DNA from: an uncultured Gemmatimonas sp.
Lineage (GTDB): Bacteria > Gemmatimonadota > Gemmatimonadetes > Gemmatimonadales > GWC2-71-9
Length of the DNA: 64,000 nt
Assembly (NCBI GenBank): GCA_964649225.1
Contig: CAZYPO010000006.1
Location: 2,001-66,000 of the forward strand
Reading direction: 5' to 3'
Shown here: piece by piece, positions 53,206 through 60,953 of the stretch
Layout: the number at the start of each line of letters is the position of its first letter
Position numbering within the stretch: position 1 is the first letter of the stretch
The notes under the pieces: model-generated
What the model saw: only the letters and a program-made list of their open reading frames with translations
Database searches by the model: none
What the model was told of the DNA's origin: nothing
Made by a program: the position numbers and the translations under genes

Positions 53206-53780
53206 GAACGCTCCTGCTGCTGCTGGCCTCGCTGGCCTCGCTGCTCTCGGCGCAGGCGCCACCGGGCCGGATCTCGCGCGCCGGCGTCGCGCGCGCGCAA
53301 GCGATCGTGGACTCCGTCTTTCTCGACCGCAAGGCGCTGGAAGGCACCATTGAAGGCGGCGATTGGGTCTCGTACCTCATGGCCCGGCTCGGCGTCGAGC
53401 CGCTTCCCGAAAACACCGAGATCCTGATCGCGGTCGACAGCGAGCACATCGTGCTTTCGGGCCGGCTCCAGGATCTGCCGCAGGAAGCCCGCGCGATGAT
53501 CGGCCCGCTCGCCGCGCTGGTCGACTCGAGCACGGTACTGGCCGCCGACATCGCGATGCTGCCCGCCGCCCAGGGACTCAGCCACTTCCGGCTGGAAGGG
53601 GTGAGCATTGGAGGATTCCCCGTGCCGGAGATCGTGCTGCGCTCGATGCTGCTCGACGTGGGCGAGCGCTATCCCGGCCTCACCAAGACGGGGCGAGACC
53701 TGTACGTCGAGATTCCTATCGATGGCCGGGTGACGCTGATTCCCGGAGCGGTGCGACTCACTGCGGCAAGGCGTCCGTAA
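53202..53780 (+). CDS. hypothetical secreted protein
   Basis: ATG 53202 overlaps the lspA stop. Signal peptide MRTLLLLLASLASLLSAQA. Confidence 0.6.
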   Translation: MRTLLLLLASLASLLSAQAPPGRISRAGVARAQAIVDSVFLDRKALEGTIEGGDWVSYLMARLGVEPLPENTEILIAVDSEHIVLSGRLQDLPQEARAMIGPLAALVDSSTVLAADIAMLPAAQGLSHFRLEGVSIGGFPVPEIVLRSMLLDVGERYPGLTKTGRDLYVEIPIDGRVTLIPGAVRLTAARRP

Positions 53781-53796
53781 CTTTGCGGGAGAAGCC

Positions 53797-54327
53797 ATGA
53801 GCGACGTGCGCTATCCGATCGGACCGTTTGTCCTCGAGGGCGAGATCAACGCGGTCCGCCGGGAGGGCTGGATCAGCGAAATCGCGGAGGCCCCCGCGCG
53901 GCTGCGAAGCGCGGTACACGGCCTGACCGAAGCGCAGTTCGACACAGCCTACCGCGACGGAGGCTGGACGGTGCGCCAGGTGGTTCACCATCTCCCCGAC
54001 AGTCATCTCAACGCGTACGTGCGCTTCAAGCTGGCGCTGACCGAGCATAACCCGACGATCCGCCCCTACGAAGAAGCGCGCTGGGCCGAGCTGCCCGATA
54101 CCGCCGGGACGCCGATCGGGGTGTCGCTGATGCTGCTCGAGGCGCTGCACCGCCGCTGGGTGGTGCTGCTCCGGGCGATGAAGGAGGAGGAGTGGTCCCG
54201 CACCTTCTTCCATCCCGAGCACCAGAAGGCCTTTCCGCTGGACCGGATCCTGGCGATGTATGCCTGGCATGGTCGGCACCACGTAGCCCACCTCACCTCG
54301 CTCCGCGACCGGCTGGGGTGGGGGTGA
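53797..54327 (+). CDS. YfiT/DinB family metal-dependent hydrolase (bacillithiol-transferase-like)
   Basis: 176 aa. YPIGPF...WTVRQVVHHLPDSHLNAYVRFKLALTE...YAWHGRHHVAHL. Confidence 0.85.
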   Translation: MSDVRYPIGPFVLEGEINAVRREGWISEIAEAPARLRSAVHGLTEAQFDTAYRDGGWTVRQVVHHLPDSHLNAYVRFKLALTEHNPTIRPYEEARWAELPDTAGTPIGVSLMLLEALHRRWVVLLRAMKEEEWSRTFFHPEHQKAFPLDRILAMYAWHGRHHVAHLTSLRDRLGWG

Positions 54328-54368
54328 GCACTCTCCGTGTCAGTGGCAGTGTCGGTGACCAGTAAGCG

Positions 54369-55160
54369 GTGAGCGCTCGGCAAACTGTCACCCGAACGGT
54401 GATAGTCGCTGGGGCGCTGATCGTCTCCGGCCTGGTACTCGCTCCCCTGCTGCCGCCGCATCTGATCCCCCCCGCTTCCGCGCTCTGGTACCTGGCTCTC
54501 GCCGTGCTGCTGGGCTCGGCGTATCGCATCCTGACCTGCTGGGCAAGCCGACGAACCGCACTCACGCTGGTCTTGCTCGCGGTCGCGCTTCCCGTAGGGC
54601 TCACGGCCATTCGTCCCGAGCCCACGCTGGCCATCGTATTGCCGTGCCCGCGCAATTACGGCTGGCTTCCCGCCTGGTTACTGCGCTCGAGTCCACTGGC
54701 TTCGCTGAGCTTCGCAGTGGGAGAATCGAAGCTGAAGCTCTGCTATGGGCGCCCCGCCGCGCGCGGCCGGCGGATGCTCGGCGGCAGTAGAGTGCCCTAT
54801 GGGTGGGTGTGGCGGACCGGGGCCAACGAGCCCACCACGCTCATCAGCAACGATTCGCTCGAGCTCGCGGGAATCGTGATCCCGCCGGGGCGTACCGCGC
54901 TCTACACCATTCCGGGGCCGGAATCCTGGGAGGTGATCCTCAACGCGGCGACCTCGCAGTGGGGTATCGAGTCGGAGTATCGCGCCGAGGTTCGCGCGCG
55001 CGAACGGGGCCGTGCGATCCTGCGGAGCGCGCGCGGCGACTTCGTGGAGCGGCTCCGATTCAGCATGGAGCCCCAGGCGGGTGATTCCGGCCAGGTCGAC
55101 CTGGTGCTTGCCTGGGAGACCACGCGGTTGCGAATGCGCATCCGCTTCCTCTCGCGCTGA
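54369..55160 (+). CDS. membrane-anchored DUF2911 domain protein
   Basis: 263 aa. About 3 N-terminal TM helices, then WRTGANEPTTL...IPPGRTALYTIPGPESWEVILN... Confidence 0.75.
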   Translation: MSARQTVTRTVIVAGALIVSGLVLAPLLPPHLIPPASALWYLALAVLLGSAYRILTCWASRRTALTLVLLAVALPVGLTAIRPEPTLAIVLPCPRNYGWLPAWLLRSSPLASLSFAVGESKLKLCYGRPAARGRRMLGGSRVPYGWVWRTGANEPTTLISNDSLELAGIVIPPGRTALYTIPGPESWEVILNAATSQWGIESEYRAEVRARERGRAILRSARGDFVERLRFSMEPQAGDSGQVDLVLAWETTRLRMRIRFLSR

Positions 55161-55532
55161 GCCGCCCTTTCTCGCGCTCTGCGACGCAAGCTTCAGCGTC
55201 CTACAACGACCCCCACCGATTCCCGGTCCGGCGCCTTGGCGGAGCCGCTCGCCCGGGGCAGGCACTGTCGAATTTCGGGACTGCTCGGGCGGGCAGGCGG
55301 CAAGTACTTGGGGCGACGCAGGAAAAGCCCATCCCGGTCGGGATGCGCGGCAAGTCCGAAAGCATCCATGTCATGTTTTAAGACGGTGTTCCTGACAATA
55401 CAGTTCATTTCTTCGCTCATGTGATGGCCTTAAGTGCAAGCAGGAGCAAGAAATGCGTCTATGTATCTAGATATTCTAACAACTCATTTGCCCCGTATAG
55501 TGCCGGACAACTTCGATGGGGAGGGAGGCAAA

Positions 55533-57005
55533 ATGTTGGACCGCCTGTCCGATCCATCGGGACAGCAGTTCGACGCGCTCGAACCGCTGCCGCCGCAATG
55601 GCGCGAGCTCGTCGAGGCCCTCAGAGAGCAACTGGGTCGGGCGAGCGATCAGCGCGAATGGCTGGCGCAGGCACTCGAGCGCACCTCCAGCGAGTTGCGC
55701 GAGCAATTGGTCGAGCTCGAGGCGCTTCGGCGGGCCCGCACTACGGCGGAGTCAGCCAACCTGGTCCGCGGCGAGATCCTGGCCACAATCAGCCGCACCA
55801 TGCGCACTCCCGCCGACGCTCTGCTGGGCCTCACCGGCCTGCTCCGGCTCGGCCCATTGCTGCCGACCCAGCTCACCTACGTTGAGGCTCTGGCGGGCGC
55901 CGCCGAAGCACTGCGGGGTATTCTCAATGACGTTTCGGATTTCTCCCGATTGGAAAGCGGGACGTTGCCGCTCGAGCCGATCGGCTTCGATCTTCGCGTC
56001 ATGGTGGAAGGTCTGGCGGCGGCGCTCGGGGGCGAAGCCCATGCCAAGGGTATCACGCTCCGGCTCGCCTGGCGCCCGGAAACGTCGCGGCGGGTGACCG
56101 GAGATCCTGGGCGCATCCGTCAGGTGCTGGCAGCGCTGATCCGGGATGCCCTGGCCCGCGTGGAGAGCGGAGAAGTCGTCTTCGAGGTGGGAGAGGATAT
56201 GGCGCGCGCCGCGGGCAACGGGATCCGCGTGGTCGTGGAGGACAGCGGTCCCGCCATTCCACAGGACCTGCTGCCCACGTTGTTCGAGCCATTCATCCGG
56301 GGCGACGCATATTCCAATCGAGAGGGCGGCCTGGCGCTACCGATCGCGCGGAATCTGGCCCGCCTCATGGGTGGCGACATTGTGGTCCAGAATACGGCTG
56401 ACGCGGGCACGCGCTTCACGCTCCGGCTGCCGCTCAGCAGACTCGGGGCGCAAGGCAGCGAGGATACCGGCGCTGTCGCGCCCGAGGAGCCGGTCCCCAG
56501 CTCCGCGCTGCCCGGCACGCTGCTCGTCGTCGAGGCCGATGCCAACCAGCGCGCGAGCTGGGCATGCATTGCGGAGGCTGCGGGTTACCGCGCCAGCGGC
56601 TTTGCCAGCCGGGTGGAGGCGATCGCGGAGCTCAAACGCCGCGCTGTCGGCGGCCAACCCGTGGGTATCGTGATGTTCAGTGATCACGATGCCGACGAAT
56701 ACCACACCATCGGCCGCGCCATCGTGACCGACCCGGCGCTGGGCAAGCCCGCGCTCATCATGTTGCCCGCGGCGGGGAATCCCGGCGATGCGCGGCGGCT
56801 CATGGACGCGGGCTTCCGCGGCTACCTGGTCAAGCCGATCGCTCCCGCGGACCTCAGAGAAACGCTGGAGACCCTGCGGCGCGCGCCGCGGAGCGCCTGG
56901 CACCGCCTCTTTCTGACCAGGCACTCACTCGCGGAAGCGCGACGGGGCGGAGCAGTGAAGGACGAGGAAGTGGAGACCAGTCTGGGACACCTCCTGGAAG
57001 CGTGA
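55533..57005 (+). CDS. hybrid sensor histidine kinase/response regulator-like protein with degenerate catalytic motifs
   Basis: ATG 55533 follows GGGAGGGAGG. The HisKA-like helix EILATISRTMRTPADALLG has R88 where His is expected. HATPase-like region has LIRDALARV, DSGPAI, EGGLALP. C-terminal receiver has LLVVEAD...VMFSD...YLVKP. Confidence 0.8.
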   Translation: MLDRLSDPSGQQFDALEPLPPQWRELVEALREQLGRASDQREWLAQALERTSSELREQLVELEALRRARTTAESANLVRGEILATISRTMRTPADALLGLTGLLRLGPLLPTQLTYVEALAGAAEALRGILNDVSDFSRLESGTLPLEPIGFDLRVMVEGLAAALGGEAHAKGITLRLAWRPETSRRVTGDPGRIRQVLAALIRDALARVESGEVVFEVGEDMARAAGNGIRVVVEDSGPAIPQDLLPTLFEPFIRGDAYSNREGGLALPIARNLARLMGGDIVVQNTADAGTRFTLRLPLSRLGAQGSEDTGAVAPEEPVPSSALPGTLLVVEADANQRASWACIAEAAGYRASGFASRVEAIAELKRRAVGGQPVGIVMFSDHDADEYHTIGRAIVTDPALGKPALIMLPAAGNPGDARRLMDAGFRGYLVKPIAPADLRETLETLRRAPRSAWHRLFLTRHSLAEARRGGAVKDEEVETSLGHLLEA

Positions 57006-57015
57006 GCGCTGAGCT

Positions 57016-58302
57016 CTACCCGCCGAATGGCTGCTCCAGAGAAGGTGATGTCGGCGTGAACAGCTCCGCCCCACTCTCCGTGATGTGCATGTCGTCCTCC
57101 AGACGCACCCCGAACTCACCGCGAATATAGATCCCCGGCTCGTCGCTGAAGACCATGCCCGGCTGCAGCGGCAGCGTGTTGCCGCGCACGAGGTAGGGCC
57201 ACTCGTGGCCATCCATGCCGATCCCGTGACCGACTCGATGGGTGAAGTACGTGTAGTCCGGTCCGAAGCCGGCGTCGTTGATCACTTTGCGCGCCGCGGC
57301 GTCCACCGCCTGGCACTCCACGCCGGGCCGTGCGGCGGCGAGCGCGGCCTGCTGCGCGCGCTGCTCGATCGCGAAGACCTGCTTCATACGCTCGGTGGCC
57401 TTGCCCAGCACGAAGGTGCGGCTGAGGTCGCTGGTGTACCCCTCGACCTGGCAGCCACCGTCAATGAGGAGAATGGTCCCCTCCCGAATGATCTGCGGAG
57501 TGGACGAGCCGTGCGGCAACGCCGAGTAGGGACCCACCTGCACACCGGCTCCGCCCTCGAACCCCAGCCGCTCGTGCGCCTGGGAGACCAGCCGGCCGAA
57601 CAGGTCCTGGGTCATGCCGTCCCGTAGTGCGTGGTACGCGGCCTCGTACGCCTTGAGCGTGACCGCGCACGCGAGCCGCATCAGCTCTAGCTCGGGCGCG
57701 CTCTTGATCATGCGACATCCCGCGGTCACCGGCGTGCCACTCGCCAGGCTCATCGCTGGAAGCGCTGCGGCGGCACCGTTGGCGAACACATGGCGCACCG
57801 TTTCCTCAACACCCACTCGTCCGGTCGCGACCCCCCGCGCGCGGAATCCTTCGGCGATCCGCTGGTAGGGACTCTCGTGTTCCTCCCAGATCAGCACGTC
57901 TGCGGTGCCCTTGAGCGGGCCTGCACCGATCCGCTCGGCGACGCGGTCGCGCTCGAACGCAGGGCAGACCATGAAGGCCGGACCGGTGAGCGGCACGATC
58001 AGCGCGAGCATCCGCTCGCTCAAATCCCACTCGATGTTGGCGAAGTAGCGCAGCGAGGTGCCGCCCATCAGCAGCAGCGCATCGAGCTTTTCCGCGGCCA
58101 GGAGCTCGCGGGCCCGATCGAGCCGGGCCTGGCGCTCCTCGACGGTGATGGGGCGCGCCTGCTGGCGCATCGAGCTGAGCGCGCGGATCGAGGGAGGCAG
58201 CGGCTCGCCCTGCTGGGGCAGCGGCTCCGAGTGTGGTCGCTCGATCAATCCGGCGGCGAGCGCAGTGGAACCGACTCCGAGGAATTCGCGGCGAGTAGGC
58301 AT
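57016..58302 (-). CDS. M24 family Xaa-Pro aminopeptidase with twin-arginine signal
   Basis: 428 aa. MPTRREFLGVGSTALAAGL. LIDGGCQVEGYTSD, HRVGHGIGMDGHE, SDEPGIY, RLEDD. Confidence 0.9.
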   Translation of the reverse strand: MPTRREFLGVGSTALAAGLIERPHSEPLPQQGEPLPPSIRALSSMRQQARPITVEERQARLDRARELLAAEKLDALLLMGGTSLRYFANIEWDLSERMLALIVPLTGPAFMVCPAFERDRVAERIGAGPLKGTADVLIWEEHESPYQRIAEGFRARGVATGRVGVEETVRHVFANGAAAALPAMSLASGTPVTAGCRMIKSAPELELMRLACAVTLKAYEAAYHALRDGMTQDLFGRLVSQAHERLGFEGGAGVQVGPYSALPHGSSTPQIIREGTILLIDGGCQVEGYTSDLSRTFVLGKATERMKQVFAIEQRAQQAALAAARPGVECQAVDAAARKVINDAGFGPDYTYFTHRVGHGIGMDGHEWPYLVRGNTLPLQPGMVFSDEPGIYIRGEFGVRLEDDMHITESGAELFTPTSPSLEQPFGG

Positions 58303-58307
58303 ACCTC

Positions 58308-58333
58308 ATTATACCGCCATATTATACCGCCAT
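58308..58333. repeat. perfect tandem duplication of 13-mer ATTATACCGCCAT in a 29-bp divergent intergenic region
   Basis: Read directly: copy 1 at 58308-58320, copy 2 at 58321-58333. Copy 2 ends in the first two bases of the LOG-like ATG. Each copy reads TATAAT on the minus strand. Confidence 0.9.
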
Positions 58334-58826
58334 GTCATTACGTCGCCTCACGGTGCTGGGCGGAAACAATCCCGCGGCGCGCGCCGAGCACCTCGAAGCG
58401 GCGAGCAACCTCGGCCGCCTGCTGGCGGAAAACGGCATCACGCTGGTATACGACGGCTCGTCGCAGGGCCCCATCGGCGCGCTCGCCGTCGCGCTGCGCA
58501 CCGCGGAAGGCCGCGCGCTCGCGGCGCCGCCGGAAGAGCTCGCCGAGCTTGGCGACGGCTTTCTGGCGCTGCCCGGAGGCCCCGCGACGCTGGAACAACT
58601 TTTCGCGACCGGTCTTCCGGTGCACGGCGGGGACGCCAAGCCCTGCGGTCTGCTCAACACCGCGGATTATTTCACCGGACTGCTCAAAGCGGTGGACGAT
58701 GGCGTGGTGGAACGCTTCGTGCGCGAGACCCAGCGCGGCCGGCTCGTCGTCGAGCGTGATCCCGCGGCGCTGCTCCGCGCGCTCGCCGATTTCCGGCCTC
58801 CCGAAACCCGGCGACAGGTCCCATGA
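58332..58826 (+). CDS. LOG/TIGR00730-family Rossmann-fold protein, divergent and shortened
   Basis: 164 aa. LGRLLAENGITLVYDGSSQGPIGA...FLALPGGPATLEQLF...KPCGLLNTADYF... The GGGxxGxMG and PGGxGTxxE motifs are degenerate, and the central region (including the MHERK-like block) appears missing. Confidence 0.7.
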   Translation: MSLRRLTVLGGNNPAARAEHLEAASNLGRLLAENGITLVYDGSSQGPIGALAVALRTAEGRALAAPPEELAELGDGFLALPGGPATLEQLFATGLPVHGGDAKPCGLLNTADYFTGLLKAVDDGVVERFVRETQRGRLVVERDPAALLRALADFRPPETRRQVP

Positions 58827-59380
58827 GCGCTTTCGAAATCATCGCAGCCGGCCTCGGCATCATCAGCGTGTTTTTCAGCACGCGGCAGAACATCCTGGCG
58901 TGGCCCACTTCGCTGCTCAACAACGCGATGTACGGCGTGTTCTTTTTCAGAAAGCGTCTGTACGCGCTGATGAGTCTGCAGGTGTTCTTTGGCGGGATCG
59001 CTCTTTACGGCTGGTACCAGTGGCTGCACGGAGGAACGGCAAACTCCGTGCTCCAGGTCTCCCATATCCCACTCAAGCTTGGGATCCTCCTGGCTGCCCT
59101 CGCCACAGTCGCGACGCTCGTGATCTGGTATGTGCTGCGCAAGTTTACCCAGGATCCCTCCCCCTTCATCGATGCGTTCTTCTTTGCAGTCAGCCTGACC
59201 GCTCAATGGATGATGGCGCGCAAGTACATCGAGTGCTGGCCTATCTGGGTCGGAATCAATTGTATCTCGGTGCCGTTCTTCTTCGTGAAGCGCGCCTATC
59301 CTACGATGGCGCAATACGCGGTCTTTCTAGTGCTCGCCATCATAGGTTGGGTCCAGTGGAGCACGTCGCTCGGTCGGTAG
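58823..59380 (+). CDS. pnuC: nicotinamide riboside transporter PnuC family
   Basis: 185 aa. ATGA overlap with the LOG-like stop. FSTRQNILAWPTSLLNNAMYGVFF...LYGWYQW... Confidence 0.85.
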   Translation: MSAFEIIAAGLGIISVFFSTRQNILAWPTSLLNNAMYGVFFFRKRLYALMSLQVFFGGIALYGWYQWLHGGTANSVLQVSHIPLKLGILLAALATVATLVIWYVLRKFTQDPSPFIDAFFFAVSLTAQWMMARKYIECWPIWVGINCISVPFFFVKRAYPTMAQYAVFLVLAIIGWVQWSTSLGR

Positions 59381-59570
59381 GGTTACGCGCCAGGGATCGA
59401 GATCGAGCCATTGTTGCGGAGCTGTGATCCAGCCCACATCGCGCGGTGATGTGGCGTGCCTACGTTCCGGCATGTCGACGAGCAATTACTTGCGCGCGCT
59501 GCTCAAACGCGACCTCAGCACCATCCGCCGCATCCTTTTCCATCAGCCATTGTTGGCAAGAGCTTCCGAC

Positions 59571-60899
59571 TCACGCGGAGCGTTTCCGGGCGCTCCAGAT
59601 AGCGTAGATCGGGATTCCGGCGAGGAGCAATCCGGCTCCGCGGGCGGCGTTCCAGGGATTGGAGCGGATCGAGCCGGCGACGACGTAGACTGCGGCGAGG
59701 ATGAAGAGAGCCAGGGTCCAGGGGTATCCCGGTAGCCGGAACCCGGTGCCACGCGGGGCCGCGCGCTCCCGGCGGCGGTGCACGATCAGGGTCGCGGCCG
59801 TCGCCCCGAAGAAAATCCAGTCCGCAAACGTGACGTAGTCGAGCAGTTGTCCGTAGGTCCGCGTGGCCAGGAGCAGGCAGGCCCACGCCCCCTGCGCGAT
59901 GATCGCGGTGACCGGCGTACGGAAGCGCGGGTGCAACCGCGCGAACGACTGAAAGAACAGGCCGTCCGCCGCCATCGCCTGGTAGACCCTCGGCGAGACC
60001 ATGATCACCAGGTCGAGAAACCCGAAAGTCGAGATCAGAATGCCGACGCTGATGAGGGTCCGCCCGCGGGGTCCAAGGATCGCCGTCATAGTATCGGCGG
60101 CGGGCGCCGTGCTGGCTCCCAGCCCCACGACGCCGAGCACGCGGAGATAGGCGAGGTTGGCGAGCAGATAGACCACTACGACCGCCATGACCCCCAGCAC
60201 CAGCGCCTTGGGCAGGTTGCGCTCGGGCTCCAGCAACTCTTCCGCGATGAAATTGGTCTGCTGCCAGCCCCCGTAGGCGAAGAGCACCGGGACGAACGCC
60301 GTCGCGAGCGCGATGGCGACGGGGGCGAAGCCGTGGGGGATGGACGCAGCGGCAGTGACCGGGGGAGTGACGGTGGGATGCAGGGTCAGGCCGGCCACGA
60401 TCAGGATCGCGAGCGCGGCCAGCTTGAGCACGGTCAGAACATTCTGGGTCCAGGCCGCCGGGCGCACGCCCACGTAGTTGAGCGCGGTCAGCAGGGCGAT
60501 GGCGCCCGCCGCGACATAGGGAAGCAGCTCCGGGGGCCAGCCGAAGAGCGCGCCGGCATAACTCGCGAAAGTGAATGCGACTGCGGCGATGGCGCCGGTC
60601 GCCACCATGAGCAGGAGGCCCCACGCGTAGAGAAACGCCGGGAGCGGGCCGAAACCCTCGCGCAGGTAGGCGTAGCCTCCGCCGACGCGGGGTACGCGGG
60701 CGGCGAGCTCGCCGAAAATGAAGGCGCCAAGCAACGCCACCACGCCGCCGGCTATCCACGCCGCCAGCGTGAGCGTCGCCGTCCCGACTCGCGCGGCGAC
60801 GATGGCCGGATTGAGAAAGATCCCCGAGCCGATGATGCCGCCGATCACCGCCATGGTGCCGGTAAAGACACCCAGTTTGCGGGCGTAGGTGGTCGTCAT
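59571..60899 (-). CDS. APC family amino acid permease
   Basis: 442 aa, about 12 TM segments. AVIGGIIGSGIFLNPA... Confidence 0.9.
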   Translation of the reverse strand: MTTTYARKLGVFTGTMAVIGGIIGSGIFLNPAIVAARVGTATLTLAAWIAGGVVALLGAFIFGELAARVPRVGGGYAYLREGFGPLPAFLYAWGLLLMVATGAIAAVAFTFASYAGALFGWPPELLPYVAAGAIALLTALNYVGVRPAAWTQNVLTVLKLAALAILIVAGLTLHPTVTPPVTAAASIPHGFAPVAIALATAFVPVLFAYGGWQQTNFIAEELLEPERNLPKALVLGVMAVVVVYLLANLAYLRVLGVVGLGASTAPAADTMTAILGPRGRTLISVGILISTFGFLDLVIMVSPRVYQAMAADGLFFQSFARLHPRFRTPVTAIIAQGAWACLLLATRTYGQLLDYVTFADWIFFGATAATLIVHRRRERAAPRGTGFRLPGYPWTLALFILAAVYVVAGSIRSNPWNAARGAGLLLAGIPIYAIWSARKRSA

Positions 60900-60901
60900 T
60901 C

Positions 60902-60936
60902 CAGGATTCAGGAATCAGGATTGAGGGGTCAGGGGA
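60902..60936. repeat. five tandem heptamers CAGGATT-CAGGAAT-CAGGATT-GAGGGGT-CAGGGGA
   Basis: Read directly. Fills most of the 54-bp divergent region between the APC permease start (60899) and the lipoprotein gene start (60954). Confidence 0.8.
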
Positions 60937-60942
60937 TGGCGC

Positions 60943-60948
60943 TATAAT
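60943..60948 (+). promoter_or_regulatory. consensus -10 hexamer TATAAT, 5 nt upstream of ATG 60954 (possible leaderless transcript)
   Basis: gcgcTATAATacggtATG. No SD sequence lies between the hexamer and the start codon. Confidence 0.4.
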
Positions 60949-60953
60949 ACGGT

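Noticed and set aside
59433-59454. Hairpin ccacatc-gcgcggt-gatgtgg between the convergent pnuC and APC genes, considered as an intrinsic terminator
   Set aside because: The stem is only 7 bp and no T/U tract follows. Also noted nearby is MSTSNYLRALLKRDL (59472..), which resembles an RHH antitoxin C-terminus but is only ~15 residues.
50489-60947. Long ORFs 50489..51637(-), 51064..52554(+, N-terminal part), 52179..53780(+, N-terminal part), 57790..59427(+), 59515..60759(-) and 59778..60947(+)
   Set aside because: These are shadow frames of GH20, GGCT, LspA, M24, PnuC and the APC permease. Only the portions annotated as separate genes (52126.., 53202..) look coding.
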